From Chlamydiia bacterium (lineage in GTDB: Bacteria > Chlamydiota > Chlamydiia > Chlamydiales > JBMOFD01), in the NCBI GenBank assembly GCA_049314435.1, contig JBMOFD010000012.1, positions 1 to 33,202 on the forward strand: a stretch of 33,202 bases of DNA. Direction: 5' to 3'. Below the pieces are notes generated by a model. The model was not told the origin of the DNA. It searched no databases and was given only the letters and a program-made list of their open reading frames with translations. How positions within the stretch are numbered: the first letter of the stretch is position 1; each line of letters opens with the position of its first letter. Made by a program: the position numbers and the translations under genes. Of the stretch, positions 1 through 7,691 are shown piece by piece.

Positions 1-198
1 GTGGGTCAGTTTGCTCTGTCGCCTAACACGTTAGGAATGCTGCCATAGAGGAAGCTGCTGCCTGTAGGCACGCTCAACAGTGGGGTCTGTGCATCGATGA
101 ACTATGCTTTTAGCGTACTAGATCCGTCGAGGGGTTGGCCGCGCCTATAATTGCTTCTCAGACCTACATTGAAAGCGTTCTTAGACCCTGCTGCCGGC

Positions 199-591
199 CT
201 AAGGGCACTGCGTAGTCATCTGCTCTCGACAATACCGTTGAGCTCTATCGCTATCCTCATTCTCCTGGTCGCTTTTGTGATAGATCTCTATGAATTCGAG
301 TTTATTAGAATCAGTAAAATAGGCGTGTATCACTCGAATGCCGGACTTAACGCCCCGACCTTTCAAGGATTTACAGGCGAACTTTCTGACTTTATAGATT
401 CGAAAGACGTCCCCTCCCATGCCTTCCATCGGAACAACACCCCCATTATCTATCCGGTGCAAGTGATAGAGCGTCAATTGCCCCCTAATCAGAGAGTCCA
501 AATCCTCAGTGAGGCTTGGGAACTTCTTCATCAGGCGTTTTAAGTCGCGCTGAAAATCACTTCCGTAGTCAACTCGACTGAATCCCATCAT
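199..591 (-). CDS. RelE/HigB-like type II toxin (putative ribosome-dependent mRNase)
   Basis: 130-aa basic protein with 'SDFQRDLKRLMKKFPSL', 'IYKVRKFACKSLKGRGVKSGIRVIHAY' (GKSGGxRV-like) and 'IEIYHKSDQEN' (YxKs). It overlaps the 3' end of the upstream DUF4065 gene by 23 nt, a coupled TA layout. Confidence 0.75.
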   Translation of the reverse strand: MMGFSRVDYGSDFQRDLKRLMKKFPSLTEDLDSLIRGQLTLYHLHRIDNGGVVPMEGMGGDVFRIYKVRKFACKSLKGRGVKSGIRVIHAYFTDSNKLEFIEIYHKSDQENEDSDRAQRYCREQMTTQCP

Positions 592-1360
592 CGGGGTACT
601 CTCTCACGCTATACTCAGGGGTTCGATAGAAGACGGACTCATAGTCTATTTGCTGCTTGTCAGGCGTCACAATCCACGGCACATCTCGATGTGAGTACTC
701 GCTGATCGCAGCCGCATTCATCCCTGACAGCCTCTGCAGGACTTCATCTATTAGCTTGATTTCGTTGGCACTGAACACAGAAATGTCTGGCTCTCGGAGA
801 GGCAGATATTTCTTCTGCGGTCTCTCATAATATTTGCTGTCGACAGCCTCGACCTCTTCATTGGCGATCATTTTGTCTACGATCGCTTTGAACTCTACGG
901 GAGTTGGGCCGTAGTTATTCTTTATATACGTGGCTCCTATCAGCTGTTCTTCATATTTTTCGTAGTAATCGAAATCTATGAAATACAGGAGCTTGTACAG
1001 GACAGTTTCGCCAACATTAGGCATCGCCCCAACTTTCCCTAAGATGTAGAGCAAGGCCTCCTTAAATTTTTCCACATTTTTTGCGGGAACACTAACTCGC
1101 ATACCGCTCTCTCTTCCGCTTGAGTTCTCGGCATGCTCAAGGACGACCTCCAGCGGAATCCTAATATCCAAGAGCTCATCAATCGAAATGCTAAAGGCAT
1201 CCGACAGCTGCCGAAGTTCGTGCGCTTTTAGCTCTCGCCTACCATTTTCAATCGAGGAAAGGCAGGACCTATCCATCGTCAATATCTTCGACAGATTCTC
1301 TTGGCTGAGTCCGAGCGACTCCCTCAGCAATTTCACTCGCTGTCCCAAAGCTTCTTCCAT
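569..1360 (-). CDS. XRE-family HTH fused to DUF4065/Panacea (SocA/GepA-like) antitoxin
   Basis: N-terminal HTH 'LGQRVKLLRESLGLSQENLSKILTMDRSCLSSIENGRR'. C-terminal 'LYKLLYFIDFDYY...YGPTP...ISEYSHRDVPW' are Panacea motifs. Start placed at ATG 1360 (GAGAGGG RBS) rather than the ORF-track start at 1423. Confidence 0.85.
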   Translation of the reverse strand: MEEALGQRVKLLRESLGLSQENLSKILTMDRSCLSSIENGRRELKAHELRQLSDAFSISIDELLDIRIPLEVVLEHAENSSGRESGMRVSVPAKNVEKFKEALLYILGKVGAMPNVGETVLYKLLYFIDFDYYEKYEEQLIGATYIKNNYGPTPVEFKAIVDKMIANEEVEAVDSKYYERPQKKYLPLREPDISVFSANEIKLIDEVLQRLSGMNAAAISEYSHRDVPWIVTPDKQQIDYESVFYRTPEYSVREYPDDGIQSS

Positions 1361-1386
1361 AAGGCCCTCTCGCCCATGGTATCGGC

Positions 1387-1428
1387 ATGTTGTGATTTCC
1401 ATCAATATATCGGTGGAAATCACAACAT
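1387..1428. promoter_or_regulatory. 42-bp palindromic operator overlapping the probable TA promoter
   Basis: ATGTTGTGATTTCCA-TCAATATATCGG-TGGAAATCACAACAT has perfect 15-bp arms and only 2 mismatched pairs overall. On the minus strand TTGATG-N18-TACCAT precedes the antitoxin ATG. Confidence 0.7.
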
Positions 1429-1531
1429 CACTACTCCCGGGTTCCTCCAGCCTGGCTTAGGGACGTACCCGCCCCTGGGCAGGTATGCTTCGATTCGAAG
1501 GCTATTCTCGCCTCTGAGAGACGGCACATCA

Positions 1532-3250
1532 TTACAGCGATTTGCTTCTGGGCGGCGGCGGCTCTACGGGATCACGGCGACATCGCACCGCACACCTCTT
1601 GCCGTCGAACGCAATGCCAACCAAGACAATGTGTGTAAGAGGCCTGGTCATAAGCTCCTGCTTGTATCGCTGCGAGTCAACCTGAGCGATGGCCTCAAGC
1701 GCTAGGTCCTCAAGAGGGCCCGTATCCTGAGGCCCAGCCCGCTTGCACTCGACCACGACTCCTACCTGATTGTTCCGCTTCGGAAGCAACAGTAGATCAG
1801 GACGGCCATCCCCGCTCTCCCGGTTCGATCGACAATCAAATTGCTCATGAAGAATCCAGAGGTAGCCTAGCAGAAGCATGTGGTAGGCCTGCTCAGGATA
1901 GTGCTTCCCTGCTGACGAAAAGTCCAGGAAGCTGCTGGTGGAAAGAAGTTCCTCAATGTAGCGAGTCAGCGCGACTTCGTCCCCTCCCGTCAACGCCACA
2001 AACAATCCTTGGGCATCCTTTCCGAAGGTCCGGCTAACCTCACCTTGAACCAATTTGGCGAATTGACCTCGCACTTCTTGGTTGGGGATCAAAACCACCC
2101 CACTATACGCATCACCCGTGCCTGTCTCTACCTCAGTCGCTGTGAGATAGCCACTATGCACGAGGAGAGACCAGCGCGTAGCGGCCCCGATGAACTTCTG
2201 GTCCTTTCCAATTTGCAGCACACCGGTGAGCGGCACCCGAACAGAACCTCCCTCGACCAGGGCATTCAGGTTGGCCTGCATATCGGGCGAGGATTCCCGC
2301 AGGGCCGCCACTAGATCGCCCTCAGAGCCGCTCCCCATCCAATAGCTGTTGCATCGGCCCTTCTTCTCTAGGCAGTTGATGATGGAGTACGGATTGTAGA
2401 TCACACTATCTCTGAATCGATACCCATTATACCATTCTTGAAGCTTCGCGACGGTAATGTCTGTTCCCGTTTCTTCCACCAACAGCTTCACTTCCTCTGG
2501 AGTGAACCCACAGGCCGCAGACAAGCGAGGATCAAGGATGTTGTCGGAGCTTACATTATTCAAAGACGATGCCATGGCATCCTTGGTGTAATGGTAGACG
2601 CCCGTAAGAATGCCCCGTTGTCGGAAATCTCCACCTTTCATGAGGTCGCTCAGAAAGGAGCGCATTCCGCGTAATGCCTGATCAAAACAGCCTGACTGAA
2701 TCGAGGAAATGAGCGGCGCATCATATTCGTCGATGAGCACGACTACCCGTCGTCCGTGGATGTCACGCAACTGATGACATAGCTGCCTTACCAAAACCCC
2801 CTGCTCAATAAGCGGGATGTTCTGCAGGTTATAAAGCTCCTTTCTCAAGACAGAACTAAGAGCCTCTCCCTCTTGAACCAAATGTCGCATCACCTCTTCT
2901 TGAACGATGCGACGGAGCTTAGCCTCAGTCTCTTGCCAGGAGGATCCCTCCGCTGCCTTAAAGCTCAGACTTAAAACAGGGTACTTATGGGCATGGGCCT
3001 CCCAGGTAGCCCGATCCTCATAGACCCGCAATCCCTCAAAAAGCGCCTCATCGGCCTTGCGGTGTAGGTCGTAAAAGGAGGCCAACATAGACATCCATAA
3101 GGTCTTTCCAAACCTACGAGGCCTTGTAATCAGGAGCTCCTTCGGCAGCGTCTCGAGCTCCCGAATCCAGCCCGTCTTATCTACATAGAGCATCCCCTCT
3201 TCCCGCAGTTGGCGAAAATTGTCTGTGCTTGCGGGCAGTTGGACCATCAC
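1532..3250 (-). CDS. AAA-ATPase-like protein with C-terminal PD-(D/E)xK nuclease domain (AAA-ATPase_like + PDDEXK_9 type)
   Basis: 'LYVDKT', Walker A 'RPRRFGKT', Walker B 'VVLIDEYDAP', 'WYNGY', 'YNPYSI', 'IPNQEV', and nuclease motif 'EQAYH...SNRESGDGRPDLLL...VVECK'. Confidence 0.88.
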   Translation of the reverse strand: MMVQLPASTDNFRQLREEGMLYVDKTGWIRELETLPKELLITRPRRFGKTLWMSMLASFYDLHRKADEALFEGLRVYEDRATWEAHAHKYPVLSLSFKAAEGSSWQETEAKLRRIVQEEVMRHLVQEGEALSSVLRKELYNLQNIPLIEQGVLVRQLCHQLRDIHGRRVVVLIDEYDAPLISSIQSGCFDQALRGMRSFLSDLMKGGDFRQRGILTGVYHYTKDAMASSLNNVSSDNILDPRLSAACGFTPEEVKLLVEETGTDITVAKLQEWYNGYRFRDSVIYNPYSIINCLEKKGRCNSYWMGSGSEGDLVAALRESSPDMQANLNALVEGGSVRVPLTGVLQIGKDQKFIGAATRWSLLVHSGYLTATEVETGTGDAYSGVVLIPNQEVRGQFAKLVQGEVSRTFGKDAQGLFVALTGGDEVALTRYIEELLSTSSFLDFSSAGKHYPEQAYHMLLLGYLWILHEQFDCRSNRESGDGRPDLLLLPKRNNQVGVVVECKRAGPQDTGPLEDLALEAIAQVDSQRYKQELMTRPLTHIVLVGIAFDGKRCAVRCRRDPVEPPPPRSKSL

Positions 3251-3505
3251 GACTCCCCTGACCTCGTCAGGATGAATTTACACAATAAGTGTGCTCAGAA
3301 TAGCTCATGACGAGCATGTACAACTAGCAGAAAGTAGTGGGTTTAGTTCGACCGCACCAGGTGCTTGAGCGATTCATGGCTAGAAACCAGACGGCACCAA
3401 GGCTGTAGGCGTCGAGGCGACCCAGAAGTACAATATTTATGTGTAGCGCAACAATCAGGAGATTAAAGGAAGTAATACATCGCGATCGCTTGACTAGCGA
3501 AAGAG

Positions 3506-3579
3506 TAGCGGTAGTCGGATTCGAACCAACGACACGCGGATTATGATTCCGCTGCTCTAACCGACTGAGCTATACCGCC
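3506..3579 (-). tRNA. tRNA-Met (CAT), probably elongator
   Basis: Reverse complement GGCGGTATAGCTCAGTCGGTTAGAGCAGCGGAATCATAATCCGCGTGTCGTTGGTTCGAATCCGACTACCGCTA folds as a cloverleaf with anticodon CAT and no encoded CCA. Ile2 identity cannot be fully excluded. Confidence 0.93.
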
Positions 3580-3592
3580 GTGCAGGAAAAAA

Positions 3593-3665
3593 TAGCGGGG
3601 AAAGGATTCGAACCTCTGACCTTTGGGTTATGAGCCCAACGAGCTAACCACTGCTCCACCCCGCG
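3593..3665 (-). tRNA. initiator tRNA-fMet (CAT)
   Basis: Reverse complement CGCGGGGTGGAGCAGTGGTTAGCTCGTTGGGCTCATAACCCAAAGGTCAGAGGTTCGAATCCTTTCCCCGCTA has an unpaired C1:U72 and three consecutive G-C pairs in the anticodon stem. No encoded CCA. Confidence 0.95.
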
Positions 3666-3801
3666 GTGAAGGCAAGATCCTAACATGGGGTCTCATTTTA
3701 CCTAAGCAAATTCGTCCGCCTTTGACGTCTTTTCTTCCAACCTGGACGAATCGACCTCAGACAGCAGTCAGAAGGCGCCTCACGCCGCTCGATATACGGT
3801 C

Positions 3802-5019
3802 TTAGCTTCTCTGCAGTGCATCCCGAATGGCTGGGACAGAGTGAAGCGCCTGCCAAGTCCTCTCTACGATCTGACCCGAGGATGGAACCACAATGCTCCT
3901 ACCGTTCCAGTGGCGCACAGCGGCAAGCAAATCCTCCAACCCGACACAAGCCCCCCCCTGGATCTTAGCCACTTCACAAGCCAGATTCTTCTGGGTCTGG
4001 TGATGAGGCCCATACAGCACAGGACATCCCAACTGCACTGGCTCCCACAGGTTATGCCCACCAATGCCCGGGACAAAACTCCCCCCAAGGATCGTCACGG
4101 ATGCCAGCTGCATGCAGGTCGTTAGCACGCCCATCTGCGCAATCAAGGTCACCGGAGAGTCATCTCCTTGATACCCCAGTCGGCAGAGAAGCTCCTCGAG
4201 CTCGGGGCGACGTGCGGGATGTCGCGGAACCAGAAGCAGGCGCCATCCTTCCTCGACGAGGGGCTGGAGTGCTTTCAAGAGCGGCTCCTCTTCACCGGGA
4301 TGGGTGCTTCCTATCAACAAGACCCGATCTTTAGAGGGGAGCGAGAGCCGTTCACGCCACTGGCTCAACTCTTCTGATGAAGCGATCTTAGGCGACAGAG
4401 CCAACTTGAGGTTTCCAGTGACCTGGATACGATTTGAGGGAATGCCTGCTCGACGAAGTCGAGCGGCCATCTCCTCATCCTGTGCGCAGACCAGCTGCAT
4501 GAGCTTCATGACCTTACCAGCCAACCAGGGAAAGTAACTCCAGCGACCTGCTGAACGCGCAGACATCTTGGCGCTGACCACGGCGATGGGAGTATTCCGA
4601 GCAGCCACACGATGAAGCATGCCGTACCACAGGTCTCCCTCTGATAAGAGAAGCAAGTTCGGTTGAATATGTCGCACTAGAGACGTCATGGCCCAGGGCA
4701 GATCAAAGGGAGTAAGGATCACCTGAGCAAAGGGATAGAGTCTCTTTGCCGTCTGCAATCCACCTTCTGTGCCAGCTGTGATCACCCACTCAGCAGAAGG
4801 AGCCTCCCGTCTGATCCGCTCGATTAGAGTCTGCATGAGAACAGCCTCTCCGACCGAGACGGCATGCACCCAGATGCGAGGAGCCTTTGCCACTTGCATC
4901 GTGGGAGCTCGGCATCGATTCCAGATCGTTTGCCAGCTTGTGCCGCGTCTTCGACCAGCGAAGACGATCCAGGGCAAAGCGACTAGCCAACCAATGGTGA
5001 ACAGGATGCCGTAGACCAC
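3802..5019 (-). CDS. waaA: 3-deoxy-D-manno-octulosonic acid (Kdo) transferase
   Basis: N-terminal membrane anchor, 'IWVHAVSVGE', 'PFDLP', 'TGNLK', 'GSTHPGEE', 'LVPRHPAR', 'GGSFVPGIGGHNLWEP'. Starts 5 nt after the leuS stop. Confidence 0.95.
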   Translation of the reverse strand: MVYGILFTIGWLVALPWIVFAGRRRGTSWQTIWNRCRAPTMQVAKAPRIWVHAVSVGEAVLMQTLIERIRREAPSAEWVITAGTEGGLQTAKRLYPFAQVILTPFDLPWAMTSLVRHIQPNLLLLSEGDLWYGMLHRVAARNTPIAVVSAKMSARSAGRWSYFPWLAGKVMKLMQLVCAQDEEMAARLRRAGIPSNRIQVTGNLKLALSPKIASSEELSQWRERLSLPSKDRVLLIGSTHPGEEEPLLKALQPLVEEGWRLLLVPRHPARRPELEELLCRLGYQGDDSPVTLIAQMGVLTTCMQLASVTILGGSFVPGIGGHNLWEPVQLGCPVLYGPHHQTQKNLACEVAKIQGGACVGLEDLLAAVRHWNGRSIVVPSSGQIVERTWQALHSVPAIRDALQRS

Positions 5020-5024
5020 CGCTG

Positions 5025-7595
5025 CTACCCCACGACGTAATTCAGAAGCCGTTCAGGAACATAGATCACACGCCGAATCACACCTACTAAATGCTTAGAG
5101 ACCTGAGGATCCGCCTCGGCAAGTCCCCTCACTTCTTGCTCGGAGAGGCCACGAGCCACCCGCAGGGTGGCTCTGTGCCGCCCACAGATCTGCACCACCA
5201 GCTCTACCTCATCCTCTTGGCAGAGCACAGGATCCACGGCCGGCCAAGGCTGTCGGGCCAGCGAAGTCTGATGTCCCAATTCTCTCCACAACTCTTCAGC
5301 TAGGTGGGGAGCCGTAGGTGCGAGGACCAGAACGAACCGTTCAGCCACTTCCCTTGAGATGAAGGGTAGCGACTGCAAGACGTTCAGAGCCTCCATCATC
5401 TTCGAAACCACCGTATTGAACTGCATCGACTCGATATCCCGTCGGACATCTCGCGCCAATCGATGGGTGAGCTTCAGCGCCGCTAAGTCTTCTGTGTCGC
5501 GTATTTTAGAGGGGGCAAACAGATCCCACACGCGGTTGAGGAACCTTCGGCATCCGAGGACTCCATCGGTGCTCCAGACCTTCTCACGATCAAAAGGCCC
5601 CATGAACATCGAGTAGAGGCGTACAGCATCCGCTCCAAACTGCTCAATCAAGGCGTCGGGAGACACCCCATTGAGTTTGGATTTGGACATCTTTTCGATC
5701 TGCGACCGGAGCAGCTCCCCTGTGCGATGATCGAAGTACTCGCCATTCTTCTCATCGACATCGGACTCTTCCACATAGGCACCGTTCACACGTTGATAAC
5801 TTCTCGAAAGGACCAATCCCTGATAGCGATAGGTCTGGAACGGCTCGGAAGTGTGCACAAGACCGCAGTCATAGAGCACCTTGTGCCAGAAGCGAGCATA
5901 GAGCAGGTGCAGGACCGCGTGTTCGGCTCCACCGACGTAGAGGTCCACTGGCATCCAGTATCGCTCGGCCTCTGGGGACCAAGCCTCCACATCATTGCGA
6001 GGGTCGATGAAGCGCAGATAGTACCAGCAACTTCCCGCCCACTGCGGCATGGTATTGATCTCGCGTCGTGCCGGCCGGCCCGTCTTAGGATCGGTCACAA
6101 AGACCCAATGCTGCGCTTTCGCCAAGGGGCTTAACCCCTCGGCACTCGGTGTGAAGTCGGTGAGGTGAGGAGGCAGCAGCGGCAGCTCATCGAGCCCCAA
6201 TACGCGCTGTCCACCATCCTCGTAGTGCAGAATGGGGAAGGGCTCCCCCCAGTATCTCTGCCTTGAGAAGAGCCAATCACGGAGCTTGTAATGCACCATT
6301 GCCTCGCCACGCCCATGACTCTGCAGCCATGCAATCACAGCCTGATTGGCCTCGGCCAAGGTCAGCCCGTTGATCTTGAGAGACTCATAGGAACTGTTCA
6401 CTACAGTTCCCTCTCCAGGCCAGCAGTCAAGACCCTGTTGGATACGCTGCAGCCCTTCCTGTGGCTCTAGGAATTCTTCCTGAGCCAAGGCCTCGAGAGA
6501 TGGTTCGACCACGCAACGAATCGGAATAGCCATCTGTTGGGCAAAGGCAAAGTCCCGCTCATCATGACTAGGAACTCCCATGACCGCTCCGGTCCCTACA
6601 TGCCCCAACACATAGTCAGCAACCCAGACCGGGATCGACTGCCCCGTAACCGGATGGAGGATATAGCCGCCTGTGAACACGCCTGTTTTGGAATCCGCTA
6701 GGTCTGTGCGCTCCAGATCACTCTTGAGCTTAGCCGCCTCACAATAGGCCTTCACTTCAGCCGCTTGAGTCGGCGAGATCAGCTTAGCTACGGCTGAATG
6801 CTCAGGAGCGACGACCACGAAGGTGACGCCCATGAGCGTACCCGGCGTGGTCGTGTAAATGGAAAGCTTCGTAGTCCCGTCGGGGAGAAGGAAATCGATC
6901 CGAGCCCCTTCGCTGCGCCCGATCCAGTGGGTTTGAAGTTTCTTGAGGTTATCGGGCCAATCTAATGTCTTGAGGTCTTCAAGCAGACGATCAGCATAGG
7001 CGGTGATCTTCAACATCCACTGTTTGAGGGGTCGTCGTTCGACAACATGGCCCCCCTCCACTGAGCGGCCATTGTCCACCTCTTCATTTGCCAACACCGT
7101 TCCCAGCGCTGGGCAGTAGTTAACGAGGATCTCCGCCTCATAAGCCAGACCCTTCTCGTAGAGGAGAGTGAAGATCCACTGGGTCCAACGATAGTAGTTG
7201 GGATCTGAGGTCGCAATTTCTCGCTGCCAGTCGTAGCTGAACCCCATCGCTTGGAGCTGCGTACGGTAGGTGTCGATGTTCTTCTTCGTTGTCTCAGCAG
7301 GATGAGTCCCCGTGCGAATCGCATACTGTTCAGCGGGCAGACCGAAGGAATCCCATCCCATGGGGTGAAGGACATTGAATCCCAGCATCCTTCTGAAGCG
7401 GGAGATGATGTCGGTGGCCGTATAGCCTGTCAGATGTCCTACATGAAGACCCGATCCACTGGGATAAGGGAACATGTCGAGCACGTAGCTCTTTGGCCGT
7501 TGCGACTCGATCTTACAGTGGAACGTCTGATGCTCTTCCCAATACTTCTGCCATTTCTTCTCTAAGAAATGAGGTTGATAGGATCCTCTCTGCAT
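5025..7595 (-). CDS. leuS: leucine--tRNA ligase
   Basis: 'MFPYPSGSGLHVGH' (HIGH), 'KMSKSK', 'WLFSRQRYWGEP', CP1 'GTGAVMGVPSHDERD'. Start chosen at ATG 7595. Confidence 0.98.
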   Translation of the reverse strand: MQRGSYQPHFLEKKWQKYWEEHQTFHCKIESQRPKSYVLDMFPYPSGSGLHVGHLTGYTATDIISRFRRMLGFNVLHPMGWDSFGLPAEQYAIRTGTHPAETTKKNIDTYRTQLQAMGFSYDWQREIATSDPNYYRWTQWIFTLLYEKGLAYEAEILVNYCPALGTVLANEEVDNGRSVEGGHVVERRPLKQWMLKITAYADRLLEDLKTLDWPDNLKKLQTHWIGRSEGARIDFLLPDGTTKLSIYTTTPGTLMGVTFVVVAPEHSAVAKLISPTQAAEVKAYCEAAKLKSDLERTDLADSKTGVFTGGYILHPVTGQSIPVWVADYVLGHVGTGAVMGVPSHDERDFAFAQQMAIPIRCVVEPSLEALAQEEFLEPQEGLQRIQQGLDCWPGEGTVVNSSYESLKINGLTLAEANQAVIAWLQSHGRGEAMVHYKLRDWLFSRQRYWGEPFPILHYEDGGQRVLGLDELPLLPPHLTDFTPSAEGLSPLAKAQHWVFVTDPKTGRPARREINTMPQWAGSCWYYLRFIDPRNDVEAWSPEAERYWMPVDLYVGGAEHAVLHLLYARFWHKVLYDCGLVHTSEPFQTYRYQGLVLSRSYQRVNGAYVEESDVDEKNGEYFDHRTGELLRSQIEKMSKSKLNGVSPDALIEQFGADAVRLYSMFMGPFDREKVWSTDGVLGCRRFLNRVWDLFAPSKIRDTEDLAALKLTHRLARDVRRDIESMQFNTVVSKMMEALNVLQSLPFISREVAERFVLVLAPTAPHLAEELWRELGHQTSLARQPWPAVDPVLCQEDEVELVVQICGRHRATLRVARGLSEQEVRGLAEADPQVSKHLVGVIRRVIYVPERLLNYVVG

Positions 7596-7691
7596 GACTG
7601 GGCCCTCTACAAAATGACACCCTGGCAACTATATCTCGTGTAAGGACAGAATCCCAAGACAAAAACCGGATCGACTCCCACGAGGAATGGC

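Noticed and set aside
151..543. 130-aa plus-strand ORF
   Set aside because: Antisense shadow of the RelE-like toxin, with no motif support.
1361..1423. N-terminal extension of the antitoxin ORF in the ORF track
   Set aside because: It runs through the palindrome and promoter; ATG 1360 has an RBS and begins the HTH.
1..3505. Prophage or ICE with att sites at tRNA-Met
   Set aside because: No integrase seen and no convincing repeat of the tRNA 3' end; only a 7-bp GTAGCGG match inside the nuclease gene.
3623..3805. 60-aa ORF
   Set aside because: Overlaps tRNA-fMet on the opposite strand; spurious.
3951..3958. G8 tract in waaA as a phase-variation site
   Set aside because: In frame, encodes Gly-Gly in an essential gene, and is short.
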